DNA from: Phoronis australis
Taxonomy: Eukaryota; Animalia; Phoronida
Direction: 5' to 3'
DNA: 64,000 bases
Assembly: GCA_002633005.1 (NCBI GenBank)
Contig: NMRA01000189.1
Span: 34,406-98,405, forward strand
Each line of letters opens with the position of its first letter. Positions within the stretch are counted from its first letter, which is position 1. The notes under the pieces are model-generated. The model was not told the origin of the DNA and did no database searches. It was given only the letters and a program-made list of their open reading frames with translations. The translations under genes and the position numbers were made by a program. Below are positions 26,908 through 63,709 of the stretch, one piece after another.

Positions 26908-28320
26908 CCTCGATGCTCCTTGTTAGACAATATAATTCACAAACCTATAAAAACAACAATAACGATACACTGCAGTTTAACTGAACCCAACCAAAATTGC
27001 TTTACAAGACATGACAATTTATTTTGAGCCTGTTCCAATTAAGTTACGATTCACAAAGTTAAGCTGCTTTTTTGAACAGCAAAGGAATTCTCGGTGATCG
27101 AATTTTGGAAGCATCAACAGAAGTACTTTCAACATGGGCAGCGGCAGATTGAATTACAAACACATAGGTATCACTTACTGCTTTGCAAGACCGTCAACGT
27201 TGTAGATGTAGCGACTGCACTACGTTGCAGAGCCCTCTCAACAATGTATGTGGCTTCTTAAAGAGCGTTTTTCAGTCCAAAGAAACATGCGATCGCAATA
27301 AATGTACTTTACCTAGCTATAGCTTAAACAAGTCGGTTGAAAATTTACGTGCTGATCCCGAGTTGGCTAACGAAGCTTGGTAGTTTACTTCAGCGGTTTT
27401 CTTAGTTTTGACGTATCCAAGCAATCACGGTGAACTTAATTTGTTTCTAAGACGCCCCTTGGCTTTCTTTTGTCATCAATACTCATGTGTCAGTTAAAGT
27501 GGCTAGTATAAAATAAGAAAGTAAACGTTACTCATCTTGTATGAAACTTGTAGCATGTCGTAGGGTACAAGTTTTTTGTAGGTTTCGGAAATACAGTAAG
27601 ATTTAGATGAGTTTGGAGTATTTTTTTACGTTTGAAAGTTGACTAAAGACACACCTTCGTGCTCGCCAAGTCCGACATTACAGTCCCAAAATGCATTGCG
27701 GTGCCTTATTTGGAAATGGCCTGATGACCTCAGAGAGGTGAAAGGAATTAAGCTGGTATCACTGACTTTTGAGCTAATGGAATGACAAATTAAGCTAACC
27801 CAGAGCTTAAAGAGGCATGGAACGCTAAAGATCGTCAAAAATATCATTTTATTAATTCCTGGCGAAACTACCATCTCGTAACGTCTAGTACCGAGTAACA
27901 ATAATTTCATTTCCCCCTATGAGGAAATCACAAAATCCACGAATTTTAAAATACGAGCGAAAAACTGTGGTTACCACGGAGTCTAATCTCCCTCCCACTT
28001 ACATGTATTGTAAATGCGCGCATGCGCTCAGTCAGTTGCTTGAAGTCGCATGAGTTCAAAGAACACATTTTTATATAAAAGAAATATGCTACGTCTATGT
28101 CTTGCCATGCCTAATAAGAAGACGTGCTTTGCCTTGTGGGAGAAAAATCGACGAAGTGGCGAGCAGTTCACAGAACCGTTGAAACTAAAGGAAAATGTAT
28201 TGATATCAAAAGAATGAACAAACCCCAAAAATTCCTGGTCAGCAGGTTAAATTGTGTTTCAGTGGCAGAGAACCACTTTCAATATGGCAGTTCAGTCTGT
28301 TTATCGCGCTCCAGGCATCT

Positions 28321-28524
28321 TTAAAAGTGGTTCCGCTCAGCGGTCCTCCCACGTTTTTAAACGCAACTGCAAAAACGCAGATATCATTTACTTATAATTT
28401 TGAAAGGAAATGATCCTAATCAAGAAACTTCCCTCTTTCGGTTTCTGAACAGATCTAGAGCAGAAAGCTGGGCTAAAATTTTTGCACACAGGATAAATAA
28501 ATACGAGACATAGGACCACCTTAA
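28321..28524. mobile_element. Possible TTAA-flanked non-autonomous DNA transposon (Kolobok/piggyBac-type)
   Basis: ttaa-aagtggttcc ... ggaccacc-ttaa imperfect TIRs. Confidence 0.35.
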
Positions 28525-29028
28525 CGACAACCACTTCCAAATCATTAAATTATTCCGAGGTAAACCATTTTGTAATAAACAGAGCATTATCCGCTATTTA
28601 TAAGGCTAATCCAATCTACAAAAGTTTTAGGAAAATTAAAGAAATTTGATGTTTTATGTAAATAAATTCAAGATAAACTGACAAACACTTTTTCAAAATC
28701 GACAAAGATTAAGAAACTCGAAATATTACTTTTTCCGTGAATTCCATTACTCCAGATATTTGTGGCGCATTTTCTCCAATAAACCCTATCTTTAAAGAAA
28801 AAAAAATTTGTTTTTCACGAACAAGTTCATTAATTAATACAATGCTATACAATTGGATAGAATTTTATAACTGACATTGAACAAAGATATAGGCCTCCAA
28901 TTTTCCAAATACTCTCTTTGTTTGCCTGGCTTAGGGGCAATACTTATAACTCATTTGGTGCAGCGACGGCATTAATGATCCAATAGTATTGCTAAAATTA
29001 AGTGCTGAAACAGAAATGTTTTCAAACA

Positions 29029-29282
29029 CATGCGCACACACAGCCTTCAATTTGGGGGCGCTCGAATTCTTGACGTCGTGGACCTTAAACTAACAAAACA
29101 GCGGGCGGACTAAAAAATACGAAAAAAAATAAAATAAAAAAATAAAACGGGAGCACCACTGTGAAGTGCGCGTTCGCGCTTATTTAGTGGTCTTTTGTCC
29201 AGTTATCTCGGACTTTTTGGACCTTTTTTACCTACTTCGCCAAATGAGGGGGCTCGTTCGAGACCCCCTGGGTGCGCGCATG
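29029..29282. mobile_element. MITE, family B-like, 5-bp TSD aaaca
   Basis: catgcgcacacacag ... ctgggtgcgcgcatg flanked by aaaca on both sides. Confidence 0.75.
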
Positions 29283-30213
29283 AAACACTCTTATTCAAAG
29301 ACTTAGGTTCGCACAAATTTTCCAGTAAACGTGCAGCTATTTGTGTACACCATACCAAGCTAAATTTTGACCAAATTTGGTCAAGCTTGGTCACTGACCA
29401 ATGAACTATATATATAAGGGGTACCATAGAACCGTATGGATGAGCATCGCATCTTACGAAACTCCTTGCCCATCTCCACGCATGGAGCGCAAACTAATGA
29501 GCTAAATGTAATTTAATTAATTTATTTCATTGAGACAGACTACCAAAGCAGCTACAACCAGACTGCATTTTAAAGTATTTGTTTGCCTTCTAAAGTATCT
29601 CTGCCTTCTCAACATAATAAACACATGTGAGCTGCCGGGGTTTGACCTTAGTATTTTTAAATATTATATTTAACTGGAATATTTAATCTATTGTTTGACT
29701 TGATTTTAAAAACAAATGGAAAAATGAACACATGGTGGATTGTCATGTCATTCAGATGTTTTGGTGTGGATAAAGGTTTTATTGCCTTCATTTTTTATAT
29801 TCCATTCTTCACCAATATGCATGGATAAAATCAAAGTGAAAACTGATGGAAGTTGCATGTGCATTCTTAAATTGATTTAAAAAGGGGCGTATGTTTTTCA
29901 TTTGTTTATAGTTTATAAAAACCTTTGTAAAATATATTGGCTACAGTTATTGCATTTGAACTGTCCTAATTCATTTGAATCAAAATTAAATCCAACTATA
30001 TCACAGTAAAGATTTGAAATTAGATTCAATCTCTATTATCAACATTATTCCTTTAAAAATATGGTCGATTTAGTAGCTTGAAAAAATCGGTTGATGACTA
30101 TGACAAATCAGGCTTGTCAAAAATCCTAGTTTTATGGGTCAGTCACCTTTTTCAACTTTGAAAATCCACCTTGGGGAAGACCATGCCTCAATGCAATCAT
30201 ACTGCTGCTGTGC

Positions 30214-30565
30214 AAGATTGAATAAGATTGAATAAGATTGAATAAGATTGCTAGTCAAGCTACCTATTCCACCACCAAGCAAGTTATTTTTTACCAACTA
30301 AATGTCTGTCCCATTACTATCAAGTTTATACAAGCTTAGTGTGGAACCTTGAATAATTTAAGCCCAAAAAGATTGAATAATACTGTCCAAACTTGAATAA
30401 TATTGTCCCAGCTTGATTAATATTGACCAATGCTTGATTAATATTGGCCACATTTGAATATTACCAGCGATTCTTGAATAATATAGGCTACAGTTGAATA
30501 AAATTTTGTCCAACCTTGATAAATATTGACCAAGCTTGAATAATATTAGACTAGTTTGAATAAGG
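30214..30565. repeat. 10-bp tandem (aagattgaat)x3.7 plus a degenerate 20-22-bp TTGAATAATATT minisatellite
   Basis: Perfect repeat at 30214-30250; about 10 degenerate units such as ttgaataatattgtccca and ttgattaatattgaccaa at 30349-30565. Confidence 0.8.
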
Positions 30566-31489
30566 TTTTGTTAGCTTTTCTAATCTTGCCAGTGAGGAAT
30601 ATCTAAGCTCGGTAAATTGAATGTTGCTAGCCATGGTCTTGAGTAATGTGACCCTACCTTCAAGATGACTCATAAAAATATGTAGCTAACTAGTAAAACT
30701 GTAGGGGGCACTAGAAATGGTTTTTGAGATTTGTCTTTTTAGTAATTCAAGTGTAAAAGTTCAAAACAGCAGAAACATGCCATATTCTGTTACCGCAGAT
30801 TTCCATGAAAAGTTTCCATGATGAAAATGATCCTCGATTTTTTTAAACCCATGATTTCTGTCAAAAAATAAGTTCTTCTGGAGTCCGGAGATTGTTGCTA
30901 AAGAAGGTAAAATCAATTTTATAAGAATAAGTGGCCTAAATTAAAACTCATTTCGACAGAAAGCACAGATGTTAAATATTATAATGTAAAAATTTAGATT
31001 TTCTAATAAAATAAGTTTGGCGTTAGATATTAGCAGACATCTGAACAGCGACTTACACTAACACACCTGAGTACAAAACAAGAGGTTTTACTGATAATGC
31101 AGGTAAATTTGTCACCTATACAGGACCATAATGCTTAGTTTCACTGCTTTCACCACAAACAAAGGAAGAAGATAACTAAATTATCACGGCATGAAATAAC
31201 TTTCATTCACAATCCTTCACCTCAGTTCGTACAAAATATTACTTCTGTTTGAAGAGCAAAACTTGAGGAGTCCAAGTAGTCATTGCTTTCAGGTCCCGCT
31301 TGACCTGTGTGGTGACCTTTGACCTTTCAACAACAGCACCAGCAGAGAGCAGCATTAATCACCAGTTGGTTCATTTATATAGCCAATGTTTTTTCGAGTA
31401 GGCCATAATGTGAATATGAACCTCATTTCGAACATAATTGTCCAACACAGCTGATGGAGAAGGTCAAAAACCAGTAAGGGTTCATGAGG

Positions 31490-55867
<24,378 letters not shown>

Positions 55868-57400
55868 TTTTAGTTTTAATGGAAACCGTTAGAGAGCGCA
55901 CCAAAAATCACTAAAATAGACATTCATTCTTCCCAAAGGGAGAATAATTTAGTTATAAAAGGCATTTTTATTTGGCTCTGTCATTATTTAAAAATATTAA
56001 GTACGGAGATGCCAATGTTTTGTCGATCATTGATAATATTTTAAATGTTATTTGGCGTATCACACAGGTTTGGAAAGACGGTAATGGAGCCTGGAGGGAA
56101 ATTTGGAGAACTTCATCCCTTGAAAACAAGTTTTATTTGTAGGTAAATAGGTCACACCATTGTGAAACGTGTTGGTTTTTGTGACAGCAATAACTATGTG
56201 ACAGCGTGAAACCGTACGTTTGATTCATAAGACTGTGCAGTGGCTGTGGTCGTAATCTAGGTAAACTGGTGGTAGACAATGTCAATGACTCGGACATTAT
56301 CTGACTTCTGCCAGCATGTGCAGCCCAGACTGATCTGTGCCAAACTGATTTGGCGCACTTCAGTTTAATGGAGGCTGGTGAGCAAAACTGATGCTTGATT
56401 CAAACTGAAGCTTCCGTATGGTACTGGTGACTAATTTTGAGAACCAGTTTCATTCACTGAATATAAAGGCTTATAAAGCGCCAGATTGTTATTCAGTGAT
56501 TGCCTCAGCAGTAGATGGTGGTCTCTGTCTATCAGCACACATGACACACACGCTTAAATTACAACAGGAAGTCAGAATTGGTCGGCATAAATCGGGCAAG
56601 ATCAGTGAACCATACGTTCTCGAGTTCCGAATAGCCGTATCTAAACAATTATTTATTTCAGACTCGTTTTCTGGTCTACACGGTTCAGCAATTTCACAAT
56701 TTTTTGTTTCATTGAATACAAATTTGTTACACAAAACCTTTGCTGAAGATGCCTGGTATCGTACCTTTGCATTATGACGAAGAGAATTCACTCTAAACCT
56801 CTAGCTCTAGACCACGAGACACTCAGTTCAGAGTTAGTAATTGAGAAGGGCTATATTACAACTCCACGTTACACACGCAAGTCATGTGTCATGTATATAT
56901 TAAAAGATTTTATTTGGTAAAGTTTATAACTGTACGTTTCAAAGCTTAAAATAATCGGACTCACAAGCAAGGGTTTATGCAGCGGACATCTGTTGGGTGG
57001 CCAGAATGTTATTTTGGATGGGTTCAACGGGACTTTCTCAATATTAATGGCTGGTCAGCTGTTCATCAAAAACAGACCATTAGTCATTTCAAAAACAAGA
57101 ATTTACTGCACAAAAAGTGCTTTCTTAGCTCATTTTTTAATATTCCGCGCACCCTGTGACACAGATCGGTGTTACCGCCAGCTCAACATACATATGAATA
57201 AAAACGCTTTTGACGAGTTTCTTTAGCTGATCCAATATTTATGGTTGTACCCTGTGAAAAACTGGCAAGCTGTTACAACTCTTCACTGTGTCTGTCCCCG
57301 ACGTTTGCCTTTACGGGGTGGAGTAATTCCGGATTTTGCACAGCCAGCGTCATCTGTAGTGTCCGTCATGATTGACGTGCACATTCTACATACTTAGTCA
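55868..57400. promoter_or_regulatory. Putative bidirectional promoter region between muskelin (minus) and the ZZ/EF-hand gene (plus)
   Basis: Muskelin ATG at 55865-55867. Candidate non-coding first exon of the plus gene ends at a ccag|gtat donor near 57465 and splices to the tttcag acceptor at 58615. Confidence 0.4.
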
Positions 57401-58638
57401 TGTCGTCTGCTGCGCAAAGACCTAAAGGACTGGAGAATTATTTTACAAACCGAGAGATGTTCCAGGTATAGACATTGATTCAGATGCTGGTATGACATAA
57501 TTCAACTACAGATTGATAAAGATCGTGGTGATAATGTGGCCAGTCAACGAAGCGCAAATACCCATGCAATGAACGGTGAACCTTTCAATCAAAGTACCGA
57601 CAAGTTGCCGACAACATCGTGCATTGGTTTTTTCACAATTCGCTCCAAACTTGAGAATAGATTGCTTTTATGAATAGGAAGAGTGAATGTGTGACAATCT
57701 TGAAAATGGCCTAGTTGCTAACGTTCGACAATCCAGTCGATATCTTTATTGAAATTGATTTCTACTTGCTCTCCCGTCCAAGTGAATGGAAATGCACTGG
57801 GATTGGTTTGTTTACTCTACCTAATTGGATATTCATTGTGGACGTAGTTGTGGTTGTGGACTGGTATGCTGGGCAATTCTTCAAGAAATCTCAATTTCTG
57901 GTCATGTAAAATTTTGGATGTACCAACTTTTTGATGTCTAATTCTGACAAACATTACAAGGGTATTGACTGTGAACGTTGTGCAAGACATGAGATTGAGA
58001 GAAAACAAAGGATCGGCTGTCAGGAACATGCATGATAAAAATGCGACTCGTTTTACCAATGAAGACACTTTATTGTCTTTATTCAGACTGCCGGCTTCGT
58101 GGAAGAGGGCGTTGCTGCTGAAATCTTTACTTCCGTGTTATAGGTTTTGGACTTGGCATCTCTATGAATGTCACATTCTTTTTTGAGTAAAATGATTCCA
58201 CATACTGTTTGAAACACACCTGTATAGACTTCCATTTAATGTTATTGAATAAACGAAAGGTCTTTGTTTTAGCAATGACACTTTTATTCCACTTCACTGT
58301 ACATGGGTGGATACACCACTGCAATAATTTAACTATGCTAATGTTCAGTTTAAAGGTTTTTCTTTGAAACAATTACTTAAAACGATGGTAATTCAGACAG
58401 AATTTGCTTCTTTGCACTATTATTCCCATGTATATCGTTATTAGATTTTACACTATTTCCATCTACCGTTACTAGATTTTACGCAAATTTGTAATCAATA
58501 TTGTTATTCCAGTCTATAATATTTTTAATTTTCCACAAATTTCCCGTCTGTCTGCATGGCATGTTCACACAAATTTTGCCCGTGATTGTTACATTAACTG
58601 TAGCCTTTGTTTCAGGTAATTAGCTGACAGTTCTCCCA

Positions 58639-61600
58639 ATGGACAGACGCACCGTATACACTGTGTCAGTGGGCGTGCTGGCGGGGGTCATTATTAGCTA
58701 TGGTGTCATCTTTGTCCAACGTAGGAGGGCAAGGAAACACTCAAAAAGGGGTATGACTTATCCACTTTACTCCATCATGTGTATGTTGTTCACTGTTTGC
58801 TCGGACATTGTTGTGCGGCTAGATGTTCCGCACAACAAATTCAACAAGTCAGTTTCTGTTCGTGAAAGAATTTGGATTTCGTTCTTGTCAACTTTTCCCG
58901 CCCGTTTCTGAATTAGAAATTAGGTCAAGTGAAAGTGGGTCAAGGCAAAGATGCTTTCATGCTCTCGCAATGCTGAAGTGTTTTGTTTAGAATGTTTCTT
59001 ACTTGTCTGTTTGGCATGTACTGTAGGTAGGACTTGTAAGTGTGATGTCACCTAGACAAAGTTTCAGGTTTTAGAATTTCACCGAAGTCTAGCTTATTGT
59101 TAAAGTGTTTCTCCTGTACTTGGTGATATTTTGACTCTTTCTAAGAATTTATTGCAATTGAATAAACTTCACTGAAAAGAGTAATCAAGCTATTAAGTAT
59201 GCAACCTTATTCAAACTTGGACGATCTTCAAACTTTGTAAATATCAAGATTCCATGCTAAGTTCACAGTAACCTGGCTTGTTTTTGCAGTGTAGCAGACT
59301 GAGTGTAGCTTCACTGTCGCATGCTAACAAGCCTGGAATTTGTTTATTTTGATGATGACCCAGTAAGAAAACAAGTTTTGCTTGATGACCACACTAAAAG
59401 TAGTCAGCTCATTTTTGCTAACCGTTAATCCTACTTATGCTTGCACAGCCATAGTTAACAATAAACGCGGTTTTCAAAGCTTAGAATTAATTGTTGAAAA
59501 AAGTGACTCGCTGAACATGCTTTTTGCATGCTTTCTACAAGCTTTGTTTACCGTACTCACCAGTGGTCTTTACAAACCCTACACAGCAATGGTTAGTTAG
59601 AGAGCAAGGAAATTCAAGCTTGGAGAAAAATATCAGATATTCAAAATGATGTGTTAACTAGTTGTCGAGTTTAGGTAAGACATGTTGCTACATTGCATTT
59701 GATTTGAAGCTGGTGGTCACTTTACAGAAGTGGATCAGCAGGAGTTGGTCAACCTGGCCAGGAATCACCTGCTGTCTCCAGATTCAGCTACACAGTTTGA
59801 CAACTTCCAACATGCCCTGTTGTCGACACCTGCCAATCAACGGTTGGACTCCGCCCTGGAATCATTAGCAACAGAGGAGTTGACCGAGTCCCAGGCGATA
59901 CTGAATTTGCTGTTCAATATTGCAGAAGACCAGTCTCGCAGAGGTAACATATTTTTCATTTCTCAGTTGTACACTGATAGCTAATCAGATAAAACCAAAA
60001 AAGTTTAGTTGGTTCTGATCTGTTTCTCACTTTTTCAAAAAGGAAAAGTCGTCTAAGACGAACAAATATGATTTTTTATATTTTTTTATTTGTCAGTTGA
60101 TTTATCATGGTGTTTCAAACCTTGACATTTTTAAATAATGAATATTTTTGTTCTGAAATCTCGTCATAAAACAACCATTGACAATAAAAGAGCACCGGGC
60201 TCACTATTTACTGAATGCTAACTAGACCTCATTCAGCCGGCAGCCATGGTAACATATTGTTTACATCTTGTTAGCTGTGCTTCATCAGACTTGCCTATTG
60301 GAACACACTCCTGATGATGCAGTTTAGTCAATTAAGCAATATGACTTTTATTATTAGGAATCTTTTTGTGATGAGGTTATTTTATTTTTTACGTAATGGT
60401 ACTAAGCTTCTGCCTTGCCTTAAGTAATAACTTTTGTCATAGACCAATTATCTTATTAATAGAAAATAAAGCAATATGGCTTTTATTATTAGGAATCTTT
60501 TTGTGGTGCGGTTGTTTTATTTTTTACATAATGGTACTAAACTTCTGCCTTCCCTTAACTTTTGTTATAGACCAACTATCCTATTAATTGAAATGTCTGT
60601 GGTTTGGTCCTAACTCATATTAGAAGTGACTTATGGGTTTATTAGGACTGAAGTCTGGTTCAGGGCTTGGAATTTTCCGCGGAAACGCGGATTTCTGCTT
60701 TTTTCAAATGTTCTGTCCGCGTATTTTATTATATTTCCGCGTAAAAAAAAATCGGATTTGATATAAAATTTCCGCGGCAAATTTCTTTCTTACCGCCGCG
60801 TTGCCGACGACTTTCACCTCGAAAAGTGGAAGTTGCTCTTTATGTTTCGGAGGAAAGTAAATAGTCAACATCTGGGATAGCGTGGTGGATTTCCTCAATG
60901 GCGGCTCATGTGATTGTAAACCGCGGTGACAAATACTACGACTCTGCAGCCAAAAATGTTTGGAGGTGGGAATAGTGCATGAGCTAAGACAGACGCAGTC
61001 CTCTCGATTTTTGTCGGCAAATGGTCCACACTGACTTTTTCAAGGCTGGCTGCGCGCATGTTTCGGGCCGTAAAAATTTCCGCGTTTTTCGCCATTGGTC
61101 ATTCCAAGCCCTGCTAGTTATTAAGTGATCTATGGAGCAACAGGTGAAGTTGCTGGGCGGAGTATTGGAATATGGTTCCTATATGTGTTCCTTGATAACT
61201 TTTTGTGGAATCCCTCGTAAGTTAGTGGACAGTTTTTTCTTTTTCGTTTCATTGTGTTCGGGCTGATCAGTTGTAAACTTCATTTCAGATGGTTTTATTC
61301 ACCGAGGCATCACCTGCAATGGATGTGACCAGAGTCCACTGTGTGGAATTAGATACAAGGTAACAATAACTCAAACTTGGAGTTACCTTCAATTACTAAA
61401 TGTTTAAAATGTTTGAATAAATTTTTCGTGTTTACTCACCGTATTATTTAATTCTACTTCGAGGTTTTTTAGTAATTTTTTTTTTCTGAATCAGTAAGAT
61501 TTGGATAAATGAAAATTGAGCACTAGGTAGTAATTGATTTGGTCTTGTTGATGATTTTACTTTTTAATATCCAACTGACGATTTTTTTATTTTTCCGTGG

Positions 61601-63345
61601 ATTGCTTTGTTGTCGTTAGATATGGTGATCATAAATAATAGTCAAAACTCTATGTATCATTTTTGTGATGTCTGTGTACATTAAGTATACATGTCAAGGT
61701 TGGTGTGAAGACACTCTAGACCTTCACAGATAGTAATGCACCTTGTACCAGTGAGACAACACAGCTTTCAGTGACGCATTGTGACTACCAACGGGCGCAT
61801 TAAACTCTTTTGGGATTACAACTTTTTCATATTTCTGTAGCCATATTACGCGTTGCATTTGAACTCACCAAGATTGATCCATAGTTTTTAGGCTCCATGA
61901 ATCGTTTGACGCATGTCCACGTTTTTGTAAAATGATCTTTGATCCTTTGTATATCCAGTGACAACGTGTTAGATAATAAAACATTGTTGGTAATATGACT
62001 AGCAAGAGTGTCGTCAACACGGTTTGTTCTATGAAAGTGATGTTATTGGGCTGGAAACCTGATTTTCTTGAGGATCGAACTCACATCAGGAGTCGCAATC
62101 CAATGTTTTGCTGGCAGAGGTCAAACCCCACTTGATAAATGGCTGACAATAAGCACATTTAACTGGTAAAGACACTGACCTTGATTTCAACAGACAGTAT
62201 GAGATTTGGCAATTTGTAATAAAATAATTAAAAATTGCATTTTGTTGTTTTATGGCTCTGGTCAAAGCTGATTACTTCATGAAGTCTATCTCATCCAGTA
62301 ATAATGGCAAAAATGCAATTTATTTTTCTCTATAAAATCGATTATGTGATCATTCCCTTTAAATAGCTGCAGTTCCATTTTGATAATTCCTCAGTGTGCC
62401 AACTGTGTTGATCACGACGTGTGTGAACGATGTGAACCCAAAGACATCCATAACAAAACCCACCTGTTCATCAAGATCCGGGTACCCGTAGCCCCCCTGG
62501 CCAATCAGAGATGTGCGTTGTTCAAACCCATGTACCCAGGTAAGACTGTGCAAAGCACAATATTCATGTGGCTTTATAGTACACTAAGGAATTGGATGCA
62601 ATTATTTTTGGTGGCCGCCCAGTTCTTGTGTAATAGGGACATGCGTTGTTCAACTGTTACACTAATTTACAATCCATTGTTGTGGGTGTTCTGTGCACAT
62701 TAAAAAGTCCTGTTGAAGCGTCTTTATTTAACCATTGCTTAATCCGATGTGTTGGCAAATTGCTGTATGGTGTTTCTGTCAGCTGGACGTGTTGCATTGT
62801 CTTTGTTGGATCGTTGTAGGCAAAAATAGGATTAAAGACCAGTTGAGCTGGGAAGATATCCAGACATTCAAAAAAACAACCCATTGTAAGTATCCATGGT
62901 GCCATACCACACAGTCATCTTTTTTGCTAAAAATTTGAATCCCCTATCATTGACAAGTGTTAAAAACCATTGCTTTTATGTACATTAAAGTGAAACTGAA
63001 AGATATTAATAAAATCAAAGTTTATATAAAATTATCTTATTGTATTTCATATATAGTTTTACTTGAAAAATGAGGTCACTAACTGTTTTCTTACCAGTAA
63101 CTATGGTTATAAATATAATATCATTTTATCAGGAACAATAATATTAATAAAAGCCCATATGAGAACAAATTCAACTCTGCATTTTACATTTATATATTGT
63201 AGTTGAGCAAACTGAGATCGAGGCTCTGTATGAACAATACAAAGTTCTGTGTACATCAGAGAAAGGTATTTCTAGAGAAGTGTTTGACTGCTGTTTGGGA
63301 CCTCTTGCTCAGTCCAAGAATTTGATCATGGACCGTTTCTTTAAG
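58639..63345 (+). CDS. Membrane-anchored ZZ-type zinc finger + EF-hand (calcineurin B/NCS-like) protein; continues beyond the window
   Basis: Phase-consistent exons 58639-58750 (MDRRTVYTVSVGVLAGVIISYGVIFVQRRRARKHSKR), 59728-59943 (...SQAILNLLFNIAEDQSRR), 61289-61359 (DGFIHRGITCNGCDQSPLCGIRYK), 62395-62539 (CANCVDHDVCERCEPKDIHNKTHLFIKIRVP...PMYP), 62820-62885 (GKNRIKDQLSWEDIQTFKKTTH), 63203-63345 (FEQTEIEALYEQYKVLCTSEKGISREVFDCCLGPLAQSKNLIMDRFFK). Confidence 0.88.
60334..60593. repeat. About 135-bp tandem duplication (2 copies)
   Basis: aagcaatatg(a/g)cttttattattaggaatctttttgtg...agaccaa(t/c)tatc(t/c)tattaat at 60334 and 60469. Confidence 0.85.
60661..61113. mobile_element. hAT-like MITE with perfect 13-bp TIR CAGGGCTTGGAAT
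   Basis: cagggcttggaat ... attccaagccctg; flanks ctggtt / ctagtt (possible degenerate 6-bp TSD); CCGCG-rich subterminal motifs. Confidence 0.85.
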
Positions 63346-63709
63346 GTAAGCCACATCGAATTGTTTTATCACAAGAATATTAAATAGCATATTAAATTTC
63401 TTTTTTAATTTGAATGGCCAATGGAATTCTTATTTGTCCACTAGTTTTCATTCACCGTATTCTCTCTCTTTTGAATTTGAACTTTATGCATGAATGTTAT
63501 TTCTTTAAAAGCTATTTTGCATAAGCCATTTGTGCGTGTATTGATAAAAATTGCTGCCTGAAAGGTATTGGACACTTGACTTGGTCAGAAGAGTTGTGTA
63601 TAAGTCTATGAATGGCTTCACCATGTGTATCTCTGTTTTCTTTCTTACTTTTATGTGTCATGGGGATTTATTACAATACTTCAGTGGAATTGTGTGTGTT
63701 GTCATGAAT

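Noticed and set aside
56418-56791. Overlapping 119-aa and 100-aa ORFs in the divergent promoter region
   Set aside because: No domain-like features or splice context; compatible with chance ORFs.
59290-59362. Extra exon in the ZZ/EF-hand gene (tttttgcag ... cca|gtaag)
   Set aside because: It gives an immediate in-frame TAG, and exons 58639-58750 and 59728-59943 already join in phase; at most a poison exon with no support.
58639-63345. Fungal contamination or recent horizontal transfer
   Set aside because: The gene has long introns with the same composition and MITE types as neighbouring genes and is contiguous with muskelin without a gap.
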